Shown: positions 37,952 to 47,192 of the stretch, piece by piece
Position numbering within the stretch: position 1 is the stretch's first letter
Layout of the letters: each line of letters begins with the position of its first letter
Assembly (NCBI GenBank): GCA_963978095.1
Contig: CAXBQP010000008.1
Location: forward strand, 1 to 64,000
Direction: 5' to 3'
DNA: 64,000 nucleotides
From: an uncultured bacterium
GTDB lineage: Bacteria; Gemmatimonadota; Gemmatimonadetes; Gemmatimonadales; Gemmatimonadaceae
Notes under the pieces: generated by a model
What the model saw: the letters and a program-made list of their open reading frames with translations, nothing else
Told to the model about the DNA's origin: nothing
Databases searched by the model: none
Translations under genes and position numbers: made by a program

Positions 37952-38193
37952 CCGAACCCACTGAGGTCCGCGCCTTCGTCAACGGCGCGGCAGTAGCTGT
38001 CGCCCGCGGTGCCACGGTGATCGACGCCGTCCGCACGCACGACGCCACCATCGCCGAGGCGCTTGAAGCGGGCACCCGCGCGGCCACCGACAGCCGCGGG
38101 CTCCCGGTGGCGCTCAACGAGGCCGTCACGGGGGGCATGGTGTTGCGCATCGTCTCGGCGCGCGCCTTGGCCGGACACGGGGACGACGAATGA
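37948..38193 (+). CDS. Small hypothetical protein, probable beta-grasp (ThiS/ubiquitin-like) fold
   Basis: 81 aa, ATGA-coupled on both sides; VRAFVNG-x-AVAV-x-GATVIDAV...GMVLRIV pattern. Confidence 0.7.
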   Translation: MTEPTEVRAFVNGAAVAVARGATVIDAVRTHDATIAEALEAGTRAATDSRGLPVALNEAVTGGMVLRIVSARALAGHGDDE

Positions 38194-39233
38194 ACGCGGT
38201 GAGCGCCGAGCTGTTGCGTCGGATCCCGAAGGCGGAGTTGCACTGCCATCTCGACGGCAGCGTCCGCCCCACGACGCTTCTCGATCTCGGCGCGGAGTAC
38301 GGGGTGACGATGCCGGGGCAGACGCCGGCTGAACTCGCGCACCACATGTACGTGCGCGACGCGCGCCATCTGGAGGACTATCTCGCGCGCTTCGATACGA
38401 CGCTCGCCGTCATGCAGACCGAGGCGTCGCTCGAACGCATCGCCTACGAGCTCGCCGAGGACGCGTGGCACGATGGCGTCCGCTACATCGAGGTGCGGTA
38501 TGCACCCGTGCTCAATGTGGTGGGGGGGATCTCGATGGAGGCCGCCGTGGACGCTCCGCTCCGCGGGCTCGCCCGCGCCAAGGCCGACCATGGGATCGAG
38601 GGACGGTTGATCATCTGCTCGCTGCGGCACCTCGACCCGGCGATCTCGCTCGAGCTCGCTCGGCTCGCGGTGGCATATCAGGGCAAGGGCGTCGTCGGCT
38701 TCGACCTCGCGGGGGGCGAGCTCGGGAATCCCGCCGCGCGCCATGCGAAGGCGTTCGAGCACGCACGGTCGCACGGCATGTTCTGCACCTGTCATGCTGG
38801 CGAAGGGGACGGCGCGGATTCCGTGCGCGAGGCGGTGCATGTCTGCGGGGCGCAGCGGATCGGACACGGCACCCGCCTGATCGAAGATCTGCGCCTCACG
38901 GACGAGCTCGCCAAAGCGGGGGTCGCGATCGAAGCGTGTCTCACGAGCAATGTGCAGACGCGTGCCATTCCCGACTACGAACATCACCCGCTGCGCGCCT
39001 ATTTCGAGCGCGGCATGAAGGTCACGCTCAATACCGATAACCGGCTGATGAGCGGGACCACGCTCACCGACGAGTATGTGCACGCCGCACGGGCGCTGCA
39101 CTTCGGGTTCGACGAGCTCTGCACACTGGCGCGCAACGGCTTTGAAAGTGCGTTCCTTCCGGTCGGCGAGCGGGCCGCGCTGCTCGAGCGCATCGACACG
39201 GAACTGGCCGCCCTCAGGCAGGAGGTGGTATGA
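38190..39233 (+). CDS. add: Adenosine deaminase
   Basis: PKAELHCHLDGS, GFDLAG, HAGE, RIGHG, NTDN. Confidence 0.95.
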   Translation: MNAVSAELLRRIPKAELHCHLDGSVRPTTLLDLGAEYGVTMPGQTPAELAHHMYVRDARHLEDYLARFDTTLAVMQTEASLERIAYELAEDAWHDGVRYIEVRYAPVLNVVGGISMEAAVDAPLRGLARAKADHGIEGRLIICSLRHLDPAISLELARLAVAYQGKGVVGFDLAGGELGNPAARHAKAFEHARSHGMFCTCHAGEGDGADSVREAVHVCGAQRIGHGTRLIEDLRLTDELAKAGVAIEACLTSNVQTRAIPDYEHHPLRAYFERGMKVTLNTDNRLMSGTTLTDEYVHAARALHFGFDELCTLARNGFESAFLPVGERAALLERIDTELAALRQEVV

Positions 39234-40060
39234 GCGATCACGGATCCAGCGCCGCGCGAGCCGCTGCGGACGCCGTCCAGCTACGGCTCGGGGTGAAGGC
39301 GCCGGTGGCCGCCATCGTCCTCGGGTCCGGCCTTTCCGCGCTGGCCGACCGGATCGAGGACGCGGTGCGCATCCCGTACGCCGAGATCCCGGGGTTCCAC
39401 GCCCCGCGCGTGGACGGGCACAAGGGCGAACTGATTCGGGGATTCCTCGGCGGACGCGAGATCCTCGCCTTGTCCGGCCGGTTCCATATGTACGAGGGGT
39501 ACGATGCCAAGGCCGCCGGATTCCCGGTGCGCGTCGTGCACGCGCTGGGCGCGAAGGTGCTCTTCGTGTCGAACGCGGCGGGCGGAGTGCGCCGCACCTT
39601 CAACGCCGGCGATCTGATGATCATCGAGGACCACATCAACCTGATGTTCCGGAACCCGCTGATCGGCAGCCTCGAGAGCGGTGATACACGGTTCCCGGAT
39701 ATGTCCGCGCCTTATTCGCCGCGATTGATCGCGCTGCTCAAGGCGTCTGCCACCGCGACCGGCGTGCCGCTCACGTCCGGGGTCTATGCCGGGCTGCTGG
39801 GCCCGACGTATGAGACCCCTTCGGAAGTGCGCATGCTGGAACGTGTCGGCGCGGACGCCACGGGCATGAGCACCATCCCCGAGACGGTGGTGGCGGCCGC
39901 GATCGGGATGGAGGTCGCCGGCATCAGTCTGATCACGAACCAGGCGGCCGGGATCAGCACGGTGCCACTCAATCACGCCGACGTGGTCGAGGTCGGCCAT
40001 GCGGCGGCCAAGCGCTTCGCGGATCTCGTGACGGAGTTCGTGCGCCGGCTCAGCGCGTAG
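39230..40060 (+). CDS. punA: Purine-nucleoside phosphorylase (trimeric type)
   Basis: VLGSGL, GRFHMYEG, NAAGG, GPTYETPSE, GMST, ITNQAAG. Confidence 0.95.
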   Translation: MSDHGSSAARAAADAVQLRLGVKAPVAAIVLGSGLSALADRIEDAVRIPYAEIPGFHAPRVDGHKGELIRGFLGGREILALSGRFHMYEGYDAKAAGFPVRVVHALGAKVLFVSNAAGGVRRTFNAGDLMIIEDHINLMFRNPLIGSLESGDTRFPDMSAPYSPRLIALLKASATATGVPLTSGVYAGLLGPTYETPSEVRMLERVGADATGMSTIPETVVAAAIGMEVAGISLITNQAAGISTVPLNHADVVEVGHAAAKRFADLVTEFVRRLSA

Positions 40061-40898
40061 CCTTCTTTTTGGGAGGCGACGCCGGGAGCGACTGCAGTCG
40101 CTTCTTGAACGATTGGAAGTCCGGTGCGTCTTTGGTGAGTCCTGCGACGGCACCCGACGGATAAGTCGCGATCAAGGCCTTGGTGGCGGTGATCCGATCC
40201 TCCTCCAAGGGATGGCTCAAGAACATCGCATCGAGGCCCGCCGGCTTCGATTTCCGCTCGTCGAGCAGAATCCGGAACATCTCAGGCACGCCGTCGGGGC
40301 TGATGTGCGCGGCCACCATCAGCTTGACCCCCTCCGCGTCCGCCTCGGCCTCGTCGTCCCGGCTGAACTTGGCGAACACGCCGTTGGCCGCCAGGCCGAC
40401 GAACATTTGCGTGATGCCGCTGTCGCACACGCGTGTCAGGGCGCAGCCGATGGACATGCCGATATTCGCGTTCTGCTGCTTCTCCATCTGCTTGACGCTG
40501 TGGCGCCGCACCACATGCCCGATCTCGTGGCCGATGACGCCCGCGACCTGATGCATGCTCTTCGCGCGCTCGATCAATCCGCGGTTGACGTAGATGTAGC
40601 CCCCGGGAACGGCAAAGGCGTTCACGTCCGGGTCGTCGACGATCTCGAAGTGCCAGGTCAGCTGGCTCCGCAGCGTCAATCCCGCCAGCGATTCTCCGAG
40701 CGCGTTGATGTAGCGGTGGACTTCGGGGTCCTTGATGAGCGGGAGCTGCTTGGCGATTTCCGCCGAATAGCTGGCCCCCAGTTGGCTCTCCTGCTGCTCG
40801 GTGACGGTGGCGCACCCCACAACGGCGGCTGTGGCGACGGCGAGCCCGAGAAACGTCACGCCCCGGTGGAGCGTCCCTGTAACGAGTAGGTGCGGCAT
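40050..40898 (-). CDS. M48-family zinc metallopeptidase lipoprotein
   Basis: Lipobox VVGC, NAFAVPGG, HEIGH, SRDDEAEAD, SHP. Confidence 0.9.
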   Translation of the reverse strand: MPHLLVTGTLHRGVTFLGLAVATAAVVGCATVTEQQESQLGASYSAEIAKQLPLIKDPEVHRYINALGESLAGLTLRSQLTWHFEIVDDPDVNAFAVPGGYIYVNRGLIERAKSMHQVAGVIGHEIGHVVRRHSVKQMEKQQNANIGMSIGCALTRVCDSGITQMFVGLAANGVFAKFSRDDEAEADAEGVKLMVAAHISPDGVPEMFRILLDERKSKPAGLDAMFLSHPLEEDRITATKALIATYPSGAVAGLTKDAPDFQSFKKRLQSLPASPPKKKATR

Positions 40899-40954
40899 TT
40901 CGGGTATGGTAACGGGGTGTCTCGGGTGTACGACGCTCCCAACAGGCGAGGCCG

Positions 40955-41719
40955 ATGGCGCAATTGTTGACCCTAGCGCGGGACCTGAAGCGTCGCAAGG
41001 CGCGCGAACGGAAGGGATATTTCGTGGCCGAGGGTGTACGAACGGTCGAGGAGTTGCTGGCGTCCCGTCGCGCGGTCACGGGAGCGCTGGTATGTCCGGC
41101 GATTCATGCCACCCCGCGCGGAGCGGCGCTGTTGGCAGCGCTTCAGTCCCGGGGCGTGGAGACGGTTGAGGTCTCGGACAAGGAGTTTGAGTCCGCGGCC
41201 GACACCGAGCACCCCCAGGGGGTGCTGGCGATCGCCAAGGCTCCCAGCGCGACGCTCTCGGCGCTCGACCTCCCCAACGGTCCACTGCGCCTGCTGGTGC
41301 TCGACGGGGTCCAGGACCCGGGCAACGCGGGGACGCTCGTGCGCACCGGGGCCGCGCTCGGGGTCCATGCGGTCATCGCCTTGCCCGGCACCGCCGATCT
41401 CTGGAGTGCCAAGTCGATCCGCAGCGCCGTCGGCGCCCACTTTCGCCGCCCGGTTCTGCATGGCGACATCGCCGAGCTCCAGTCGCTCCTCGCGGAGTCC
41501 CACATCGAGCTCTGGGCCACGGCGGGCGATGGAGCGCCGATCGACGCGTCCCCCGCACCCGAGCGACTCGCCGTGGCCGTCGGGAACGAAGGGGCCGGGG
41601 TCAGCGATGCGATACGCGACCTCGCGGCACGCAGCGTCGCCCTCCCGATGTCGTCCGGCGTGGAGTCGTTGAACGTTGCCGTGGCCGCCGGCATCGCACT
41701 CTACGCGCTCCGTCCGTGA
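40955..41719 (+). CDS. TrmH/SpoU RNA methyltransferase
   Basis: VQDPGNAGTLVR, GNEGAG, ESLNVAVA. Confidence 0.9.
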   Translation: MAQLLTLARDLKRRKARERKGYFVAEGVRTVEELLASRRAVTGALVCPAIHATPRGAALLAALQSRGVETVEVSDKEFESAADTEHPQGVLAIAKAPSATLSALDLPNGPLRLLVLDGVQDPGNAGTLVRTGAALGVHAVIALPGTADLWSAKSIRSAVGAHFRRPVLHGDIAELQSLLAESHIELWATAGDGAPIDASPAPERLAVAVGNEGAGVSDAIRDLAARSVALPMSSGVESLNVAVAAGIALYALRP

Positions 41720-42546
41720 CTCCGCTCATGACCGTCCATACGCTCTTCGTGTTCGTCGTGGGTGCATGCATCGGGTCGTTCCTGAATGTGTGCATCGCCC
41801 GCTGGCCCGAGGAGCTCTCGGTCGTGCGGCCGCCCTCCCGCTGTCCACGGTGCGCGCACGGCATCGCGTGGTACGACAATCTCCCCGTGCTCTCCTGGGT
41901 GCTGCTCCGCGGGAAGTGCCGGAACTGTCGCGCGTCCATTTCTCCGATGTATCCGGCGGTCGAGTTGGCGGTCGGGATGCTGTTCGCCGCGATCGTCCTC
42001 TGGTTCGGACCGACCCTGACGGCGCTTCGCGTGGCGCTCTTTGCGACCCTTCTGTTGGGGGTCGCCCTGACCGATCTGCGCAGCTATCTGATTCCCGACG
42101 GGTTCACGATCAGCGGACTGCTGCTCGCGATGCTGGGCGCCGTCGCCGGCTTCATCCTCGGAGAGCCATCGCCGTTCGCGACGCCGGTCGACGCGATATT
42201 CGGCGCCTGCGTCGGCGCTGGTGCCATCACGATCGTCGGGTGGATCGGCGAGGTGATCCTCAAGAAAGAAGCCATGGGATTCGGCGACGCCACACTCATG
42301 GCGATGGTCGGTGCCGCCGTCGGCTCCGCGCGCGCGCTGCTGACGATTTTCGTCGGAGCGGCGATCGCCGCGATGGTCTTTCTCGTGGTGGTGTATCCGG
42401 TGGGCATCGTGCGCGCGCGCGCCCGCGGCGCGGCGTTCGAACCACCGCTGGTGCCTTTTGGCGTCTTTCTTGCCCCCGCAGCGTTCGTGACCCTCGTGTG
42501 GGGTCGCGACCTGATCGACTGGTATCTCTCTCGCATGATGGGCTGA
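41716..42546 (+). CDS. pilD: Prepilin peptidase / N-methyltransferase
   Basis: GSFLNVCIARWP, two CxxC, WYDNLPVLSW, AMGFGD, VPFGVFL. Confidence 0.93.
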   Translation: MTPLMTVHTLFVFVVGACIGSFLNVCIARWPEELSVVRPPSRCPRCAHGIAWYDNLPVLSWVLLRGKCRNCRASISPMYPAVELAVGMLFAAIVLWFGPTLTALRVALFATLLLGVALTDLRSYLIPDGFTISGLLLAMLGAVAGFILGEPSPFATPVDAIFGACVGAGAITIVGWIGEVILKKEAMGFGDATLMAMVGAAVGSARALLTIFVGAAIAAMVFLVVVYPVGIVRARARGAAFEPPLVPFGVFLAPAAFVTLVWGRDLIDWYLSRMMG

Positions 42547-42547
42547 C

Positions 42548-43840
42548 ATGTCTCGTTTCGCACGTCGTTCTTTGGGGTTCACGCTCACGATGCTCGCCCT
42601 CCTGCCCATGGCGAGCGGCTGCACGCCGGAGGGAAGTGGCGCCTACAAGGGCCCGTACGAACGCGAGGTGAATCTCGCGATCCCCGCGATCGAGAAATCG
42701 GCAGGATTCCCCTTCAAGCGCATGCCGAAGGTCGAGACCCGCTCCAAGGACGACGTGCGCGGGTTTCTCGAACGGAAGTTTGATGAATCGACGCCGGCGC
42801 TGGAGCTCGCCGGCACCGAGCGCGCCTACAAGATCCTGGGCCTGCTGCCGGACTCGCTCGACCTCCGGAAGTTCATGCTCAAGTTGCTGGCCGAGCAGGT
42901 GCTGGGATACTACGACCCCGCCACCAAGGTGCTGTATGTGGTGGAGGGTGCCGACAAGAAAGATGGCGGCGAACTGGTCCAGGTGACGATCGCGCACGAG
43001 TTGGTGCACGCGCTGCAGGACCAGTACGCGAACCTGGATTCGCTCGAGAAACTGCACGGCGACAACGATCGGCAGACGGCGATGCAGGCCGTGATGGAGG
43101 GCCAGGCCACATACGAACAACTCGCCTCGATGGTCGGAGGGCAGTCCGCCCTCAACATGCCCGGCAGCTGGGAGCGGGTGCGTCGGGTCATCCGCGAGTC
43201 GCAGGGAACGATGCCGATCTTCGCGTCGGCCCCGCTGCTCATCCAGGAGACGTTGCTCTTTCCCTACCTCTCCGGCGCCGAGTTCGTGAAGGCGTTCAAG
43301 GAGCGCCGCCCGGGGCAGGCGCCGTACGCGCCGCTTCCAAAGTCCTCCGAGCAGATCCTGCATCCGGAGAAGTTTCTGGACCTGGTGGATGAGCCAGTGC
43401 GCATCCGGCTCCCGAAACCGAACACGGGCTCGGTCGTCCTTGAGAATGACTTGGGTGAGTTCGAGACGCGCCTGTTCCTCTACCAGCATCTGAAGGATCT
43501 CGGCGTCGCGGGGCAGGGTGCCGATGGCTGGGGTGGTGACCGCTACGTGGTCGTCAACACCGGGGGCGGAGTGGGTCTCAGCTGGCTCTCGGTGTGGGAC
43601 ACGCCGATCGATGCGGCACAGTTCCGCGATGCCGCGGAGCGCACAGTCGAGCGGCGATTCGGCGTCGCGGCGGGAGCAGGGGGGACAGGCACCACGCGGC
43701 GGTTCACGGCGAAGGGACGCACCATCGAACTCACGGCGGCGATGGTGCTCGGCAAGGCTGCCGTCCTGTACACCGACGTCCCGGCCGGGACGTCCACGAC
43801 CCTGATCGATCTCTCAAAAGTCACGCTGGAGAAACCCTGA
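42548..43840 (+). CDS. Lipoprotein with zincin HExxH motif, unknown function
   Basis: Lipobox MASGC, LGYYDP, AHELVHALQDQ, EGQA, FPY, GWGGD. Confidence 0.75.
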   Translation: MSRFARRSLGFTLTMLALLPMASGCTPEGSGAYKGPYEREVNLAIPAIEKSAGFPFKRMPKVETRSKDDVRGFLERKFDESTPALELAGTERAYKILGLLPDSLDLRKFMLKLLAEQVLGYYDPATKVLYVVEGADKKDGGELVQVTIAHELVHALQDQYANLDSLEKLHGDNDRQTAMQAVMEGQATYEQLASMVGGQSALNMPGSWERVRRVIRESQGTMPIFASAPLLIQETLLFPYLSGAEFVKAFKERRPGQAPYAPLPKSSEQILHPEKFLDLVDEPVRIRLPKPNTGSVVLENDLGEFETRLFLYQHLKDLGVAGQGADGWGGDRYVVVNTGGGVGLSWLSVWDTPIDAAQFRDAAERTVERRFGVAAGAGGTGTTRRFTAKGRTIELTAAMVLGKAAVLYTDVPAGTSTTLIDLSKVTLEKP

Positions 43841-44682
43841 TGCAGGCACTGCGGATGGTGATCGGACAGCTCGCGCGCCTCTGGCGTCCCGCGATGACCC
43901 TCGGGATGATGATGCTCGTGCAGACCGCCTGCGTGCGGTATCCGTCCCCTCCGGATGCTCAAGGGGTCGCGCGCTACGTGAGCAGCGTGCAACTGACCGA
44001 TTCCGTGTCGGCGGCGACGATCCGCACCGGAAGTCCTGCGGCCGATCCGCACGCGCCGGCGTTGCATGCGGTCCTCGCACCCACTGCACTCGAGGGCGGG
44101 ACGACGGAAGTCACGGCGACTGCGGCAACGCCGTTCACGCGAGTTGCCGTCTCCGTTCCGGGCTCGGGCAGCTATTGGGACGTCACGCTCGCGCGGCCGA
44201 CGACCGTCGCGACGATCCGCTTGACCTTTGCCGAGCATCTCCCCACCGGCCCCTTCGAACTGCGCCTCGCCGGGGCCGATGCGGCCGCGTACGGGACGCC
44301 GACTGCGGCCACGCTGGCAGCGCTGGCCGTCGCTGACGGCGGGCGCGTCACGGTGGAGTGGGACTCGCCCGCCGACGTGGGAGTCCGCGCGGTCGACCTT
44401 GCGGGCGGCGAGCTGCCGTGGCATGCCGAACAGCGGACGCTTTCGGTCGCCTGCGGCTTGCCCGCACGCGGCGTCCGGAATGCATGGTCCGGGACCGGGC
44501 TTGATGCGCCGCCGGGCGCATACCGGGTGCGGCTATCGTTCGCCGCCGAGTGCACGCGCGGCGCGACGCACTACACGTTGACCACCGCTTCGCCGAACGG
44601 ACGCGCGCAGTCGTTCAGCGGGATTCTTCCAGGTCTCGCCGATCGGGTTCGGGCCGACGAGGTCGCGCTGGCCGATCGCTGA
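43840..44682 (+). CDS. Hypothetical (lipo)protein, degenerate YfaP/DUF2135-like C-terminus
   Basis: TGATG-coupled; VQTAC; VTVEWDSPADV and PPGAYRVRL; 3' end overlaps the lon 3' end by 68 bp. Confidence 0.55.
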   Translation: MQALRMVIGQLARLWRPAMTLGMMMLVQTACVRYPSPPDAQGVARYVSSVQLTDSVSAATIRTGSPAADPHAPALHAVLAPTALEGGTTEVTATAATPFTRVAVSVPGSGSYWDVTLARPTTVATIRLTFAEHLPTGPFELRLAGADAAAYGTPTAATLAALAVADGGRVTVEWDSPADVGVRAVDLAGGELPWHAEQRTLSVACGLPARGVRNAWSGTGLDAPPGAYRVRLSFAAECTRGATHYTLTTASPNGRAQSFSGILPGLADRVRADEVALADR

Positions 44683-47080
44683 GTGCCGTGGTGCTGACCG
44701 GCGGTTGATCGGTCGGCGCGGCGTCCGCCAACGTCACGAGCGGGGCGTCCAACAACAGCTGGTCGAGGACGTCGTCCATCGTGCGCACGAAGTGCACGCG
44801 CATCTGTCCGCGCACCGCGGCGGGGATCTCGCGCAGATCCTTCTCGTTGCTCGCCGGCAACATCACGTCGCGCAGTCCGCTGCGATATGCCGCGAGCACC
44901 TTCTCCTTCACGCCGCCGATCTCGAGCACCTTGCCCCGCAGCGTGACTTCGCCGGAGAGCGCCACGTCACGTCGGACGGGCCGCCCGCTCAGAACGCTCG
45001 CGATCGCCAGCGTCACCGCCGCACCTGCGCTCGGGCCGTCCTTCTGCACGGAACCCGCGGGGAAGTGGATATGCAGGTCCGTGGCCACCATGCCGGCATC
45101 GTCGATCCGCAGCGCGCGGGCGCGCGATCGCACATACGAGCACGCGGCATCCACCGACTCCCGCATGACGTCGCCGAGTTGGCCGGTGACCGTGAGCCGT
45201 CCGGTACCCGGCATGCGGAGCGCTTCGATCGTCATCAGCTCGCCGCCGCCCGCGGTCCACGCCAGCCCCGTCACCGTGCCCACCTCGGGCTCGATCTCGG
45301 CTTCCTCGGCGGCATAGCGCGGCACGCCCAAGACGTCTTCGAGGCGCGCGGCGTCCACGATCCACGCGCCCTGCTCCTCCTGCGCCTTGCGGCGTGCACG
45401 TCGACGCATCACCGACGCCAAACTGCGCTCGAAGCCGCGCAGCCCGCTCTCGCGTGAGTAGCGACTCGCGATCATCCCGAGCGATTCGTCGGTGAACTGC
45501 AGGTCGTACGGCGTGATGCCATGCTCCTCGAAGAGGCGCGGCAGCAGGTATCGCCAGGCGATCTCGACCTTCTCGTCCACCGTATACCCCGCGATCCGGA
45601 TGACCTCCATGCGGTCGCGGAGCGGAGCGGGGATGTCGAGCAGATTGTTCGCCGTGCAGATGAACAGCACGGAGGACAAGTCGACCGGCAGGTTCAGGTA
45701 GTGGTCGACGAAACTCCCGTTCTGCTGCGGGTCGAGCACTTCGAGCATCGCCGCGAGCGGATCGCCGCTCGGTCCGCCGGCGGTCATCTTGTCGATCTCG
45801 TCGATCATCAGCACGGGATCGCTGACGTTCACACGCCGCAGCGCCTGCACGAGCAGTCCCGGGAGTGACCCGACGTAGGTGCGGCGATGTCCGCGAATCT
45901 CGGCTTCGTCGCGTACGCCACCGACGGAGATCCGGTAGAACGCGCGTCCGATGGATGCGGCGATCGCCTCGCCGAGCGACGTCTTGCCGGTACCCGGCGG
46001 CCCGACGAAGCAGAGGATCGGGCCGTGGGCGTTGGCCGCCTTGTGGGCGAGGAGTTTGCGGACCGAGAGGTACTCGAGGATGCGCTCCTTGGCCTCCTCG
46101 AGCCCGTAGTGCCGGTCATCCAGGGCCTGCTCCACCTTGTCGAGCGCGATGTCGTCGTCGCCGGAGCGCTTGCTCCAGGGCAGTGCGAGCACCCATTCGA
46201 TGTAGTTGTGCAGCACCTGGTACTCGCTGGACGCTGGCGACAGCGCGCGCAGGCGCTCCGTTTCGCGGCGCGCCTCGGTCGCCACGTGCTCCGGCAGCCC
46301 GGCGGCCGCGATCTGCCGGAGCAACGCCTCCGCGTCGGACGCGCTGGGGTCGCGCTCACCGAGTTCGGTGCGGATCGCCTGGAGCTGTTGCCGCAGGTAG
46401 AACTCGCGATGGTGTTGCTCCACCTTCACGTCGGTCTGCCGCTTGACGTCGTCGAGCACTTGCGCGCGCGCGACGTCCTTTTCCAGACGATGCACCACGT
46501 GCGCGAGCCGCGCGTGGACGTCCAGGCGCTGGATGGCCTCATCGCGATCCGCGATCCTGAATCCCGCGCGCGAGGCGGCGAGGTCGGCGAAAGCCGATGG
46601 GTCGCGGGCCACGCGCCGCAGCAACCCCGGGAGTTCGGCGGGGAAGGACTCGCTCAGGTCGATCAGGGTGTCGGCCGCTCCGAGCACGCGTTCCATCTGA
46701 GCGCGCGCCGTGTCGGCGTCGGGCACCCGTTCTTCGACCGGCGCGATCTCGACCACCGGGTAGGGGTCGCGCTGGACCGGCACCCCGAGCCGCACGCGCG
46801 TGATCCCGTCAAGGGTGACTTGCACCGTGTCGCGGCCCGCCTCGATGCGGTTGCGCACGCGCGCCACGACACCGATGCGGCCGCGAAGTCGTTCCGCGTT
46901 CGGGTCGTCCGCGGCCGCCACCGCGACCACCACGTGAAACTCCGAGACAGGGTGCGCACGCAACAGGGCCACGTTCTCCGCCGCGCCCATCTGCACCGCA
47001 ATCGAGCCGCGCGGAAAGACCACCGTGCTCCGCAACGCGAGCAAGGGGAGGACGTTCGGTAGGGGTTCGGGGTGCGTCAC
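44615..47080 (-). CDS. lon: Lon protease
   Basis: LPLLALRSTVVFP, GPPGTGKTS, RGHRRTYVG, KDGPSAG (catalytic Ser), GGVKEK (catalytic Lys); GTG start 47080. Confidence 0.96.
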   Translation of the reverse strand: MTHPEPLPNVLPLLALRSTVVFPRGSIAVQMGAAENVALLRAHPVSEFHVVVAVAAADDPNAERLRGRIGVVARVRNRIEAGRDTVQVTLDGITRVRLGVPVQRDPYPVVEIAPVEERVPDADTARAQMERVLGAADTLIDLSESFPAELPGLLRRVARDPSAFADLAASRAGFRIADRDEAIQRLDVHARLAHVVHRLEKDVARAQVLDDVKRQTDVKVEQHHREFYLRQQLQAIRTELGERDPSASDAEALLRQIAAAGLPEHVATEARRETERLRALSPASSEYQVLHNYIEWVLALPWSKRSGDDDIALDKVEQALDDRHYGLEEAKERILEYLSVRKLLAHKAANAHGPILCFVGPPGTGKTSLGEAIAASIGRAFYRISVGGVRDEAEIRGHRRTYVGSLPGLLVQALRRVNVSDPVLMIDEIDKMTAGGPSGDPLAAMLEVLDPQQNGSFVDHYLNLPVDLSSVLFICTANNLLDIPAPLRDRMEVIRIAGYTVDEKVEIAWRYLLPRLFEEHGITPYDLQFTDESLGMIASRYSRESGLRGFERSLASVMRRRARRKAQEEQGAWIVDAARLEDVLGVPRYAAEEAEIEPEVGTVTGLAWTAGGGELMTIEALRMPGTGRLTVTGQLGDVMRESVDAACSYVRSRARALRIDDAGMVATDLHIHFPAGSVQKDGPSAGAAVTLAIASVLSGRPVRRDVALSGEVTLRGKVLEIGGVKEKVLAAYRSGLRDVMLPASNEKDLREIPAAVRGQMRVHFVRTMDDVLDQLLLDAPLVTLADAAPTDQPPVSTTALSDRPARPRRPEPDRRDLEESR

Positions 47081-47153
47081 GCAGGGTAAAGTAGTGCCGC
47101 GGCAGGGTTTTCGTCGATATCCGCGTGGCCGATCGCGCCGGGAATCCCCAGTC

Positions 47154-47182
47154 TTGGTGCAGACGTTCCGTGCGGCTATCTT
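47154..47182 (+). promoter_or_regulatory. Putative sigma70 promoter for ffh
   Basis: TTGGTG-N17-TATCTT, 10 nt before the ATG. Confidence 0.5.
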
Positions 47183-47192
47183 ATCAGGCTCT

